This document shows positions 1 through 9,341 of a stretch of DNA of 64,000 nt, one piece after another; the stretch's first letter is position 1, and each line of letters starts with the position of its first letter. The notes under the pieces were generated by a model, which made no database searches, had not been told where the DNA came from, and worked only from the letters and a program-made list of their open reading frames with translations. The DNA is from a virus. A program made the position numbers and the translations under genes. The stretch spans positions 4,536 to 68,535 of the IMG/VR virus record IMGVR_UViG_3300047994_000162. One strand, written 5' to 3'.

Positions 1-7
1 CCGGCAG

Positions 8-442
8 ATGTTCGAGGTCCACGAAGAATATCCGCTGATGATCGTCGAGGAACGATCGCAAGCCAGCCACAACCACTATTTCGCAGCCGTCAAAGAGGCG
101 TTCGACAATCTGGCCGAGGAATACAAGAACGGCTACCCGACGCCGGAACACCTCCGCGCCGATGCGCTGGTGCAGGCTGGATTCTGCACCGAGACGACGT
201 ATGCGGTCGCGGATGCCACAGAGGCCCGCAAGCTGGCGACGTCGTTGCGCCGCATGAGTCCGCTTTCGATTATCCGCGTCCGTGGCGATGTCGTGAAGCA
301 TTTCGAGCCCGAATCCCAATCGCGGCCGGCGATGAAGAAAGAGCGGTTCGAAGCGTCCAAAGCGGCCGTGCTGGAGATCGTCTCAGCCATGGCACGCACC
401 ACCCCGGCCGAACTCAAAAAGAACGCGGGGAAATCAGCATGA
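8..442 (+). CDS. Phage protein, possibly NinB/recombination-associated (may be 5'-truncated)
   Basis: RSQASHNHYFA resembles the NinB-like RS..QN..Y motif; ATGA coupling to next gene. Confidence 0.4.
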   Translation: MFEVHEEYPLMIVEERSQASHNHYFAAVKEAFDNLAEEYKNGYPTPEHLRADALVQAGFCTETTYAVADATEARKLATSLRRMSPLSIIRVRGDVVKHFEPESQSRPAMKKERFEASKAAVLEIVSAMARTTPAELKKNAGKSA

Positions 443-792
443 GCGCCGACCTGTTCAATTGGAAACCACCCGCTGGCTATCCGGCCCGCCCGGGCTTCAA
501 GGAGGCCACCACTAGCCGGGACGCGGCCGAGAAAGTCGTCCCGATCGCCAAGGGGCTCCGCGACAACGTGCTGGTGGTGCTGCGCGCCGTCTGGCCGGAA
601 GGGCTGACTGCCGACGAGGTCGCCGCCAAGGTCCACAAAAAGGAATTTTCGATACGGCCGCGCCTCAGCGAATTGCGGGCGATGCGCGCGATCGAGCCGC
701 GCACCGTCAAGGGCGTGGTCGAGCGCCGGCCGAATGAAAGCGCCTCCGACGCCATCGTGTGGGTGGCAAAACGATCCTACGGAGAGTGGTGA
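439..792 (+). CDS. Winged-helix DNA-binding protein
   Basis: GLTADEVAAKV...SIRPRLSEL HTH pattern. Confidence 0.6.
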   Translation: MSADLFNWKPPAGYPARPGFKEATTSRDAAEKVVPIAKGLRDNVLVVLRAVWPEGLTADEVAAKVHKKEFSIRPRLSELRAMRAIEPRTVKGVVERRPNESASDAIVWVAKRSYGEW

Positions 793-1127
793 TGGCGCTG
801 CGTCTGTTCACGGTCGAAGAAAAGATATCGGCGCTGCACGTTGAACTGGTCGAGGCCCGGCGTGTCGATCGGCCGCCCGGCTCGGCTGCCCAGCGCCACT
901 ACGATATTCTCAAGGCGATCGCCGCGGATCTTCGTGCGCGTGAGGGTGCCAGCCGTATCGCCGCCATTGACGACCTCGAGGCCGCGATCGCGCGCGTCCA
1001 GAAAACCCGCACGGCCGGGGTCGGATACGACGAAGGGCAACTGATCGCCCTCGCCGGCACGCTGATGAACAAGTGGCCCGGCATCCGCCAGGCGCTGGAG
1101 CAATTCGCACAGGAGAGCGCGACATGA
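792..1127 (+). CDS. Hypothetical phage protein
   Basis: GGAGAG RBS, TGATG overlap with previous stop. Confidence 0.6.
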   Translation: MALRLFTVEEKISALHVELVEARRVDRPPGSAAQRHYDILKAIAADLRAREGASRIAAIDDLEAAIARVQKTRTAGVGYDEGQLIALAGTLMNKWPGIRQALEQFAQESAT

Positions 1128-1804
1128 AGTCGACTACCCAAGCATTCCCGCTGCTGTGGCCCGATGGCTGGCCCAAGACGCCGGCGGCCGAACGTGGCGA
1201 AGGCAAGCAATTCGTAACGGTCGGCCGGAAAGCCGGCCAGACGTGGAAATCGTCGTCGCCCGTCACGTTCGATCGCGCGCGCCAGCTGCTTTGCGAGGAA
1301 CTGGACCGCCTGGGCGCCACCAATGTCACGATATCGACGAACGTCCCGCTGCGCGCCGACGGGATGCCGTCCGGCAACGCCGCCGACCGTATCTATCAGG
1401 AGCCCGGCATCGCCCTCTACTTCATGCTCAAGGGCCGCGCGATGGTGATGGCGCAAGATGCCTACAAGCCGATCGCGGCGAACATGCGGTCGCTGGGGCT
1501 GGCCGTCGAGGCGATGCGGTCACTGGAGCGCCACGGCGGCGGCACCATGATGAACAAGGCATTCGACGGCTTTCTGGCCCTGCCGGCGCCGGCCGGATCA
1601 AAGCCGAAGCGGCCGTGGTGGACGGTGCTGCGATATTCCGAAAATCCCGAGGACCGCGATCTTTTGTCGGTTGCCGAGGTCAACGCCCGGTTCAACACGC
1701 TGGCGAAGAAACTCCATCCTGATGCCGGCGGCGATGCCGACGAAATGGCCGAGTTGAACGCCGCGCGGCAGGAAGCGATTACGGAGCTTGGAGGCGAATC
1801 GTGA
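1124..1804 (+). CDS. J-domain (DnaJ-like) phage protein
   Basis: C-terminal LAKKLHPDAGGDADEMAELNAAR with HPD motif. Confidence 0.85.
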   Translation: MKSTTQAFPLLWPDGWPKTPAAERGEGKQFVTVGRKAGQTWKSSSPVTFDRARQLLCEELDRLGATNVTISTNVPLRADGMPSGNAADRIYQEPGIALYFMLKGRAMVMAQDAYKPIAANMRSLGLAVEAMRSLERHGGGTMMNKAFDGFLALPAPAGSKPKRPWWTVLRYSENPEDRDLLSVAEVNARFNTLAKKLHPDAGGDADEMAELNAARQEAITELGGES

Positions 1805-2382
1805 CATTCGACGAGATCATGGCCGTCTATACCGGCAGCAATGCCGATGCGACGCACGCGCTTTACGCCACGCTGTCGACATTCCAGCCCCGGGGCTACA
1901 TCGCCATCAATCTGATCCGGACGTGCAAGGCGTCCGAACGCGCCAAGAAATATCGTGGCAAGCCCGGACGCGGCGGCCCCAGCTACCGCCAGATGGCCTA
2001 TGACAAAAAGGACTGGTCGATCGACGAGCTTTGCCGCGCGCTGGTCGCCAATCCGGACGTCATTAATTCATGGGGCTGGGGCCGCGACGCCAAGGCGATC
2101 GGATTCGAGAACGTCCTTTATGTCGATATCCCGGGCGCCGGTCAGGTCAGCTTTCACACCGAACATCGCCGCGACGGGCCCGATTTTTCGGGCCGCTGGG
2201 ATGGCGCCCGCAATCAAGCACCGCGACGTATTTGCCGATGGACCGAGGCCATCCTGGCCGGCCGGGAAGTCGAAACACAGGGAGAGCAAGATGCCGTACA
2301 CACCGGGACCGAAAGAAATGCAGTTGAAGGCCCTCAAGGCGACGGGGCGCCAGAGCCCCAGCAAGCCGGCCTCGACATCTGA
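1801..2382 (+). CDS. Hypothetical phage protein
   Basis: GTGA overlap; LYVDIPGAGQVSFH motif typical of small phage proteins. Confidence 0.6.
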   Translation: MTFDEIMAVYTGSNADATHALYATLSTFQPRGYIAINLIRTCKASERAKKYRGKPGRGGPSYRQMAYDKKDWSIDELCRALVANPDVINSWGWGRDAKAIGFENVLYVDIPGAGQVSFHTEHRRDGPDFSGRWDGARNQAPRRICRWTEAILAGREVETQGEQDAVHTGTERNAVEGPQGDGAPEPQQAGLDI

Positions 2383-2452
2383 TCTCCGCGAGAAAGTCGC
2401 CAAGATCAAAGGCAAGCCGCCGAAGGCCAAGAAAGCCGGCAAGCGCCGATGA
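2291..2452 (+). CDS. Small basic protein
   Basis: ACAGGGAG RBS upstream; Lys-rich MPYTPGPKEMQLK... Confidence 0.5.
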   Translation: MPYTPGPKEMQLKALKATGRQSPSKPASTSDLREKVAKIKGKPPKAKKAGKRR

Positions 2453-2607
2453 CCGGCCCATCATCACCGCGCTGCGATGAATGCGGCGGCGAAGCCGAGG
2501 CCCTCGACACTGACGGCACGTTTCTGTGCGAGGGCTGCGCGCTGGAGGCAAATCTGGACCTTGAAGATTTGCTCGACATGGCTATGCGATTTCAGGACCG
2601 CCGCTGA
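2449..2607 (+). CDS. Small zinc-finger protein (52 aa; below ORF-track cutoff)
   Basis: Translated by hand: MTGPSSPRCDECGG...FLCEGCALE; start/stop overlaps at both ends. Confidence 0.6.
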   Translation: MTGPSSPRCDECGGEAEALDTDGTFLCEGCALEANLDLEDLLDMAMRFQDRR

Positions 2608-3131
2608 TGCCGAAACTTTACCGCCCGCATATCCCGCTGGCCGTCCGCGCGAAGGTGGCCGAGCGCCAATTGCGCGGCCTGATCCATTTACCGCCCAGCG
2701 CCATCATCGCTCCGGACACCAGCTTGAAGATCCGACTCGAGTCGTTGCTGATCGGCATTGCTCGCATGCTCGACTGCGACGTTTCCGAATTGCGGCTCGA
2801 TCACGATCCCGCGCTGGGCGCCAGGCCGCGCACCGGCGAGGGCAAGCAAACCATCTACGACCCGCCGGCTAACGACCCCGCGCATCTGTTCTACAGGCCG
2901 CACGGCGCCGAATATGTCGGCAGTCACCTCATCAAGACCAACGTGCGCGGCGACAACGGCCAGCACCCCGACCGGGTGCTTATCAAAAAACAGCGTCGGC
3001 TCGAGCGTGGGCCCAAGCCGCGTCGCGGGCCACCGATCAGGTCGGCTGGCTTTGCTTCCAAAGGCGGCGCCAAACTTAGAGGCGGAAAAGTGAAGTGGGC
3101 AAAGCGCCCGTTCCCGAAGCGTCCCCGATGA
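2607..3131 (+). CDS. HNH-like phage protein with basic tail
   Basis: LDHDPAL...NDPAHL...HLIKT resembles degenerate HNH. Confidence 0.5.
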   Translation: MPKLYRPHIPLAVRAKVAERQLRGLIHLPPSAIIAPDTSLKIRLESLLIGIARMLDCDVSELRLDHDPALGARPRTGEGKQTIYDPPANDPAHLFYRPHGAEYVGSHLIKTNVRGDNGQHPDRVLIKKQRRLERGPKPRRGPPIRSAGFASKGGAKLRGGKVKWAKRPFPKRPR

Positions 3132-3400
3132 AACTGCGCCAGCGCTTCGTGATGCACGCCCGCATCCAAGGCGGGGCGCTCTACGGCTACAACATCATCG
3201 ACGAGGCCGACCGGGTCGTCGGGCACAAATCGATCCACATCAATAAGAAAACCGCGCCCTGGAAGGAAACCGCCACCTACACGCTGGGCGATCTGGAGTT
3301 CACGAACGCCGCCGATTTCCGCAAAGCCTACGAGGCAAAGATCATCACCGACAAGCGCGACGCCGAATGGGACGCCGCCGCACCAAAGGAGAAACCATGA
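3128..3400 (+). CDS. Hypothetical phage protein
   Basis: ATGA-coupled ORF in operon. Confidence 0.55.
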   Translation: MKLRQRFVMHARIQGGALYGYNIIDEADRVVGHKSIHINKKTAPWKETATYTLGDLEFTNAADFRKAYEAKIITDKRDAEWDAAAPKEKP

Positions 3401-4080
3401 CGCCGATCGACTATATCGACGCAGCCCGCGTGCCGAAAACGCTCAAGCCGCAGGAATTTGGCCTATGGAAAATCGAGCGCATCCGGGCCGGCGGCCAGAA
3501 ACTCAGTCCGACCGAAATGGCGATGCACCAGATCATGGTCGGATATCCCGATTATACGCTGTTGCGCCGCGTCACGATGGCTAGCATCCACATGGGCGGC
3601 GAGATCGTCATGGAGGACGGCATCGTCGAACTGTCGAAACATCTGCCGATCTGGATTGCCGCGCGCGGGCTGGTGCTGATCACCGGGCTGGGGCTGGGAT
3701 GCGTGGTGCGCGGCCTGTTGGTGAACCCTCGAGTCGACCACGTCACGGTCATCGAGATCGATCAGGGCATCATCGACGCCGTCGGGCCCGAGTTCGATGG
3801 CAACCCGCGCGTGACGATCTATCAGGACGACGCGCTGAAATGGGACGCTGGCGATCGCCGGTTCGATTTCGCTTGGCACGATCTATGGTGCGAGGGCGAA
3901 GGCCTCCACCTTATGCACGCCGAGCTTTTCATTCGCCATCGCAAGAACGTCGGCCAACAGGGCGCCTGGGCGTTCCCGCGCGACTTCGCAAAACTATACG
4001 GCCGCAAGCAATTCCCGCTGCTGGGTGCCCCAAAACAACCGAGGAATCTGGTCCGTGAAAAAGCGACATCCGAACTTTAA
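3397..4080 (+). CDS. Class I SAM-dependent transferase, spermidine-synthase-like
   Basis: VLITGLGLG glycine loop, VTVIEID acidic motif II, FDFAWHDLW motif IV. Confidence 0.75.
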   Translation: MTPIDYIDAARVPKTLKPQEFGLWKIERIRAGGQKLSPTEMAMHQIMVGYPDYTLLRRVTMASIHMGGEIVMEDGIVELSKHLPIWIAARGLVLITGLGLGCVVRGLLVNPRVDHVTVIEIDQGIIDAVGPEFDGNPRVTIYQDDALKWDAGDRRFDFAWHDLWCEGEGLHLMHAELFIRHRKNVGQQGAWAFPRDFAKLYGRKQFPLLGAPKQPRNLVREKATSEL

Positions 4081-4213
4081 GGGCGGCCGGATCATCGAGC
4101 CGCGCGGATACGCGCTGGTCTATGTCGGCAAGGGACATCATCTGGCAGACATTGCTGGAACCATTCGCCCGATACGCGATCCAGATGTCGGCCGCGTGGC
4201 CGCAGCGCGATAA
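4055..4213 (+). pseudogene. N-terminal stub of an HNH endonuclease
   Basis: HPNFKGGR...GYALVYVGKGHHLAD matches the HNH N-terminus; the expected GY..EHR/HNH core does not follow. Confidence 0.55.
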
Positions 4214-4325
4214 TTCGGTTTTCTACGGCTGTAAGCGACCGGGCGCGCATCAGATCACCTATGGCGATTTTCGCCGGGCGGCGTCGGTATTTCTAGCGCC
4301 GTCCACCAACCACGAAGGAGGCCCA

Positions 4326-4514
4326 ATGCCCTACCGCGTTCCACCCGGCTGGATTCTGATGCCGGAAAAGCCGACGCCCGAAATGTTGGCCGAGGGATGC
4401 AAACGCGCCCTCAGCACGTCGGTGCTGATGGACGACACCCGGTTCGCTTGCGAAATGGCCGTCTGGGAAGGTTTCGTCGCCAAACGCCCGGAACCGCCGA
4501 ATGAAACCAGCTAA
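4326..4514 (+). CDS. Small phage protein
   Basis: GAAGGAG RBS; PPGWILMPEKPTPEM motif common in phage small proteins. Confidence 0.55.
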   Translation: MPYRVPPGWILMPEKPTPEMLAEGCKRALSTSVLMDDTRFACEMAVWEGFVAKRPEPPNETS

Positions 4515-4622
4515 AGGCCAGCGTCCCGCCAGCCGGGCCGCCCAGGGCGCGTTATTCCGGCCCGAGCGCGGGAAAGGCCCATCGGAAACGACACAGGCCC
4601 TGGCGGGCGTCCCGCTGGGGCC

Positions 4623-4638
4623 TGTTTCACGTGAAACG
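4623..4638. promoter_or_regulatory. parS: parS-type centromere site
   Basis: TGTTTCACGTGAAACG, 15/16 match to bacterial consensus TGTTTCACGTGAAACA. Confidence 0.75.
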
Positions 4639-4706
4639 CCGGGCGGTACATCCGCGCCTCGGGTAGTGGGTCAGTTTGAAAAATGACCCTGAAAGATTTC
4701 GCTTGG

Positions 4707-5510
4707 TTAACGCGGTGCGGCTTTGAGTTCCGGGATGAATTTCTTGAGCGCACCGTACAACACGCCCGAAGATGTACCCTCATCTTTAGCTGGCGTGAAT
4801 CCTTGCGAGAGGTACCATTTCCAAAGCTTGGTATTGGGGCCGCCCTCACTATCCAGCATCAATCCCCACGAGGCGATATCCAGATTGCCATAGACCCGCC
4901 GGGCGGCATCAACGATCAGTGATTCCCCTATCCCCCTCGGAGCGCTGTCGCATCGGCCCATGAAGACGATGAGGCAGATGGCGGGGCTATAACGGGTCTC
5001 TGATTGGGGTGGCGTACCGTAGTGCTTCACGAGCATGGCGTAATCGACATCCTCGCCGAACGTCTCTTCAACGGCCTCCAGGTACGGCTTATGACCGTCG
5101 CTGGTTAGCTGGACACGATTGGCCAGTCTGCCCTTCAGATCGGCGACAAACTCAACAGCGGCGTTCGTGCTGCGGTCAGCGAGAAGCCAGCTAACAAGAA
5201 GCTTGGTATCCGCGCAGATCGCGGTCCACGTCCAGACGTCGCCAGCCCTTTCGGGGGCGGCCTTAGCTTTCTCGACGTTGCCAGCCTTGGCGTAAACGAA
5301 GCTCCAGATTTCATCCATCTGGACGCGCTTGCACGGCAGATTTCGAAGCGCCTTGTCCTGATAGGCGGCGCAGGCGTGACCGGCCTCAACTAGCAATTTA
5401 GCGACGGTATTTTTGCTGCATCCGGTCAGGCGGGTGACGGCCCGAAGCGACTGCCCCTCACAAAGAAGGTGCAGGATTTGGGCGCGCGTTTTTCGATCCA
5501 GCCTGTTCAT
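4707..5510 (-). pseudogene. IS1-family DDE transposase, C-terminally truncated and fused to a GNAT-like fragment
   Basis: HTH (SLRAVTRLTGCSKNTV), QMDEIWSF and LTSDG motifs; after YSPAIC the sequence switches to RGIGESLI...LWKWYLSQGF. Confidence 0.75.
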
Positions 5511-5530
5511 GGCTGGAACTATACTAACCC

Positions 5531-5553
5531 TTATGCTTGAGTTTCAAGCATAA
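5531..5553. promoter_or_regulatory. Inverted repeat over the putative transposase promoter
   Basis: TTATGCTTGA-gtt-TCAAGCATAA; minus strand reads TTGAAA-N18-TATAGT just upstream of ATG 5510. Confidence 0.55.
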
Positions 5554-5748
5554 AAGGTCAGTTACGGGGCGTCGACGAGAACCAATCGGCCGTCGACCTC
5601 GACAATCTTCTGCGGTCGGCCACGACCAAACTCCCGACGTTCTTCCGTCGGTTCATGCTCAGAGGCGCTTCCGGAACGCGTTTCACGGTGAGAGGCGGGA
5701 TGCTGCCGTTCCTTCGAGTCGGCACGGACAGAACCGCTTCGATTGGCA

Positions 5749-6780
5749 TTAGTGATCATCGGCAAACCCTATGTAATGGTGGGTCAAGTCAGGTTCATTC
5801 AGTTGTCTGTAGCCCTTGTCCTTCGTGATTACGCCAATGTGTGTACGTCCGCCGACTGTTGCCACGCCACGCGCAAACCTCGATTTACCAGCCTGCAAAA
5901 GTATCAGGTACGAGACGAAGTTAACAGCTTCTTGCAGCGGTAAAACCGAATACGGAACTCCTAGCCTGAAAGTTTGCCACGGCAGCGTTACCGAAATATC
6001 ACCCGGTAGCGTCGTATCAACGCCCTCCGGCATCTTTTGGTTCAGTGCTTTCAGGATATCGTCCACGATCTTGAGCGCCGCTTGGTTCATTTGAACCTGG
6101 TACGCCTTAATTGCCTCTGTTGCGGCTTTTTCAATCTGCTTGCGGAGCTCTGTGTCGTATCCACGAATCACGCGCTCGACGGCATCCGATTGCGCGTTCC
6201 AGATGAGACTTGATTTTCCAGAGGCAAACTCCTCTTTTGCGGTGCCCTGCTTCACGCGCACGCGATACGCGACCGGAAATTTATCATTTTGACCAAAGCC
6301 CCCGATCAAGAACTCTGGTCCTTCGCGCGCGGACTCTGGCATGTCTGAGTCTCTGTAGTGCTCATCATATTCGGCGCGCATGAACTCCAAAAAGCCTTCC
6401 GCGACTTCCTTGACCGTTCTTGGCTGTTTTTTGCTCTTGCCCGGTACCTTTGGCTTGCCGTGATATTCAGCCGCAAGACTTGAAATGATCCTTTTATTCA
6501 GGCTTGCGGCCCCGGCCGTCACTGCCGCGACATTGCAGTATTTGCTGCACAACGGAAACATCTTCGTCACGCCGCCCCATGCGTCGGTGACAATATGCTG
6601 AAGCTCTCCGAAGTCGAATTTGGTGGTCGCCTTCCCGTCGGCATCAAACGCGATGTTGCCGTCGGCATCTTTCTCCATGCCCGCCACAAATGGATCTAAG
6701 TAATAGTCACCACTGCTCGCGGTGCTATCACAACCAAGTATGAGCGCTTCACTCGTCACCAATCCGACGTTAATCGTCAT
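5749..6780 (-). CDS. Proteasome-subunit-like Ntn hydrolase (IS passenger)
   Basis: M-T-INVGLVTSEALILGCDS (Thr1 nucleophile pattern), TK motif, C-terminal QEAVNFV...TVGGRTHIGVITK. Confidence 0.7.
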   Translation of the reverse strand: MTINVGLVTSEALILGCDSTASSGDYYLDPFVAGMEKDADGNIAFDADGKATTKFDFGELQHIVTDAWGGVTKMFPLCSKYCNVAAVTAGAASLNKRIISSLAAEYHGKPKVPGKSKKQPRTVKEVAEGFLEFMRAEYDEHYRDSDMPESAREGPEFLIGGFGQNDKFPVAYRVRVKQGTAKEEFASGKSSLIWNAQSDAVERVIRGYDTELRKQIEKAATEAIKAYQVQMNQAALKIVDDILKALNQKMPEGVDTTLPGDISVTLPWQTFRLGVPYSVLPLQEAVNFVSYLILLQAGKSRFARGVATVGGRTHIGVITKDKGYRQLNEPDLTHHYIGFADDH

Positions 6781-7012
6781 CGTCTGATTTGTTCGCCCAC
6801 CGCACTTCCGCTGCTCGGCGCGCGATATCGCGGCGCTGGTCAGCGGTAAGTTTTGCCGCGCGGGCGACACCCCCCTTGAGACCGCCCTTTCTGGCAAATT
6901 CCTTTGCCGGGCTACTGAGGGGAACCGTATCAGGTGCCGCGCCGGTTGCAATATCAACGATTGCCTTCGCAAGTTGATTGGGGTCGCGGGGGCGCTTTGG
7001 GACCTTGGGCAT
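6770..7012 (-). CDS. Small basic protein typical of this IS type
   Basis: KRPRDPNQLAK...GGLKGGVARAAKLT..QRRDIARRAA..RW. Confidence 0.7.
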   Translation of the reverse strand: MPKVPKRPRDPNQLAKAIVDIATGAAPDTVPLSSPAKEFARKGGLKGGVARAAKLTADQRRDIARRAAEVRWANKSDDDD

Positions 7013-7117
7013 AGTGGCAATATAAGCCTGATTTGCCCGTCGGGCAGATGATTTTCTGTGCCTTATTCAAACTGACCCACTACCGCGCCTCGACGCCTGC
7101 GACATTTTATTGCGCGA

Positions 7118-7492
7118 TCAGCTTATGATGGTCAAGTTCTCGGCGGCCGCTCGTGGCGACTCCCGCTTGATCCCGGTGCGGTGGATGCGGGCACGAATCG
7201 CCAGCGCCCGAATTACTAGAATCAAATCAATGGCGACAATCGTCATCATTTCGCATGGCCACGGCTGCCAGTTTTTGGTGTCCGCATAGCTGACCGACCA
7301 GAGGAACGCCCACGCCAGAAGGGCGTAAGCGATTCGCCGCATGAAGCGGATGGACGCCGGATCCTCGCCGTCCTCGGCCTCCCATTGCGTCGATTGCATC
7401 ACATAGACCGATACGAAAAAGCCAAACATCGCCAAGACGGTATGAAGCAATCTTAGGTCCGTTCCTTCCAGCGCGCGGTCGACGTACTGCAT
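7118..7492 (-). CDS. Membrane protein, lysis module
   Basis: About 3 hydrophobic segments; last gene of late operon. Confidence 0.6.
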   Translation of the reverse strand: MQYVDRALEGTDLRLLHTVLAMFGFFVSVYVMQSTQWEAEDGEDPASIRFMRRIAYALLAWAFLWSVSYADTKNWQPWPCEMMTIVAIDLILVIRALAIRARIHRTGIKRESPRAAAENLTIIS

Positions 7493-7494
7493 GG

Positions 7495-7797
7495 TCAGGG
7501 TGCCTTATTGCTGTTGAAGGGCCGCCACGATTTGGCGGCCTCGACGATCCCTTGGCAGATCGCCATGCCGGCCAGCCCAACTATGAAAGCCCCGGCACCG
7601 CCACTTGTTCCGATGTAGTGGCCGATCGGCTCGCTTAAATAGTTAGCCGTCAAGGAACCTACCACCATGGAACCGATGATGGAAACAGGGTCGGAGCGCT
7701 TAAACACAAAAGCGTTGACCACGCCGCCGGCCAAGCCGGCCACCAAATCGGGCATCTTGACTCCGATCTGAACCAGAAACCCCGGATCGTCAGGCAT
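7495..7797 (-). CDS. Putative holin
   Basis: Small, 2-3 TM segments, LVAGLAGGVV and AFIVGLAGM. Confidence 0.6.
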   Translation of the reverse strand: MPDDPGFLVQIGVKMPDLVAGLAGGVVNAFVFKRSDPVSIIGSMVVGSLTANYLSEPIGHYIGTSGGAGAFIVGLAGMAICQGIVEAAKSWRPFNSNKAP

Positions 7798-7833
7798 TTG
7801 CGCGTCCCCAGCCCGGGCACGATTCGAAACAGT

Positions 7834-7867
7834 GCGGCCCGGTGCAATCTATATCGCACCGGGCCGC
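7834..7867. terminator. GC-rich stem-loop downstream of porin gene
   Basis: GCGGCCCGGTGC-N10-GCACCGGGCCGC; no clear U-tract. Confidence 0.45.
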
Positions 7868-7895
7868 GCTGCACACCCCGCCTTGCGGCGGCCTG

Positions 7896-8567
7896 TTAGT
7901 AATTGAACTTGTAGTTGATGCCGGTCAGAATCAGGTTCTCCGAATTAAGCTGGAGATTGCCGTTCCGCGAGGGGCCGTAATTCACATACATGTACTTCAC
8001 ATCGAGGAACATCTTCGACGAGATATCGAAGGTCGCGCCCGCGCCGGTCGCCCAGCCGCTTGCGAACTGACGCTCGACCGCGCCCACCAGTACATAAGGC
8101 GAGATCAGGCTCTTTTGCAGAGTCGACGGAATGGTGATCGGCGCGCTGTCGTTGCCCAGAATGCCAGACAGGTTTCCGCCCACCTTGGCGATCTGGTACG
8201 AGAATAGACCGTTCTCGTTGCCGCTGACGCCATTGACGGTCGCCTTGGTCGAAATCTGACCGCCGACCGCGACTTCACCGCCGAAGAACCAGTTGCCCTT
8301 GGCGTATTGATAGCCGGCCACCGCCATCGGAATGCCGCCGCCCGCAAACACCGATCCGTTCACGCCGTTCCCGACGATATCGGCGTTGGACCCGACGCCG
8401 CCGATTGCCGCGCCGAGATAGAAACCAGTGCAGGAGGTCGGCGTGCAGGGATTGGACGGCACCGAATAGACTGGAGCTTTGACGGCCATGTCGGCCGCGC
8501 CCGCAGGACTGGCGATCAAAAAAGCCGCGGCCAATGACGCGACGGCGAAGATTGCAGATTTCCTCAT
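7896..8567 (-). CDS. Outer-membrane beta-barrel, Omp25/RopB-like
   Basis: Signal peptide + ADMAVKAP, TGFYLG, C-terminal GINYKF. Confidence 0.8.
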   Translation of the reverse strand: MRKSAIFAVASLAAAFLIASPAGAADMAVKAPVYSVPSNPCTPTSCTGFYLGAAIGGVGSNADIVGNGVNGSVFAGGGIPMAVAGYQYAKGNWFFGGEVAVGGQISTKATVNGVSGNENGLFSYQIAKVGGNLSGILGNDSAPITIPSTLQKSLISPYVLVGAVERQFASGWATGAGATFDISSKMFLDVKYMYVNYGPSRNGNLQLNSENLILTGINYKFNY

Positions 8568-8678
8568 GATGATTCCCCTGGGGTTGATGAGAGCCGGCAA
8601 GGTACGCCGTCCCGGGGTCGCCGGCAGGCTGAATGCTGTGCAGCCGGCCAGATTATCCCCGGCTGTGTGCTTTTTGCA

Positions 8679-9033
8679 TCAGACGGCCAGCGGACGGTCC
8701 AGCGGCACCGGCACGATCGCGCTGAGGACCAGCAGGAGGTCACGCGGGTCCACACAATGGACCGGCGCCGTCAGCGGCGAATGGCTGGGGAACCAGTCGG
8801 CTTTTCGCAGCGCGGCCGTCTGGGCATCCGTCGCCGGCAGATCGAGGAATAATTCGTCGGCCGGCTTGGCGCCATCGTAGCATGCCGCCGTCCATATGCT
8901 GGCCGATCCAGAGCTTGCCGTCCAGCGACACCGCCTCGACATGGCTGGGAATGATCGGCATCGAGGTGCCCTCGCGCAACTCGATTGCACCGGACTCGAG
9001 GCCGCCGCCCTGCACAAAGCGCAACCGAATCAT
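8679..9033 (-). pseudogene. Frameshifted, probably internally deleted gene (possibly permuted-papain-like)
   Basis: MIRLRFV...SHVEAV...IGQHMDGG in one frame; ELFLDLPATDAQ...PRDLLLVLS in another. Confidence 0.45.
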
Positions 9034-9341
9034 TTCTTGGCGTCCATGAACGCGATCGCTTTTTCGGCCAGCGGCAGGAGCGCGACCAGATCGGGCCACG
9101 TGGCCGTCACCTTGGGCAACACGTCCTTGATGATCGGCATCGCCTCGTCGACCAGCGGCTTGACCTGATCGTAGATCGGGACCGCCTTCTCGACGATCGG
9201 CGCCAGCTTTTGCAATTCCGGCTCCAGCGCCTTCGCTGCCGCGATCAACCGGCCGGCACCCGGCAATTTCGCGTCGAGTTCGTCAATGAGCTCGGCGGGC
9301 ACTTGCGCCAGGCCGAGCCCGATTCGGACCAGAATGTTCAT
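9030..9341 (-). CDS. Hypothetical helical protein, lysis region
   Basis: Coupled ORF; amphipathic periodicity. Confidence 0.6.
   Translation of the reverse strand: MNILVRIGLGLAQVPAELIDELDAKLPGAGRLIAAAKALEPELQKLAPIVEKAVPIYDQVKPLVDEAMPIIKDVLPKVTATWPDLVALLPLAEKAIAFMDAKK

Larger units (their letters stand above)
4662..7084 (-). mobile_element. IS1-family element with passenger genes
   Basis: Perfect 19-bp terminal IR GGTAGTGGGTCAGTTTGAA (4662-4680 / 7066-7084); 8-bp direct repeat GCGCCTCG at 4654-4661 and 7085-7092; IS1-like transposase inside; lower GC by eye. Confidence 0.93.
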
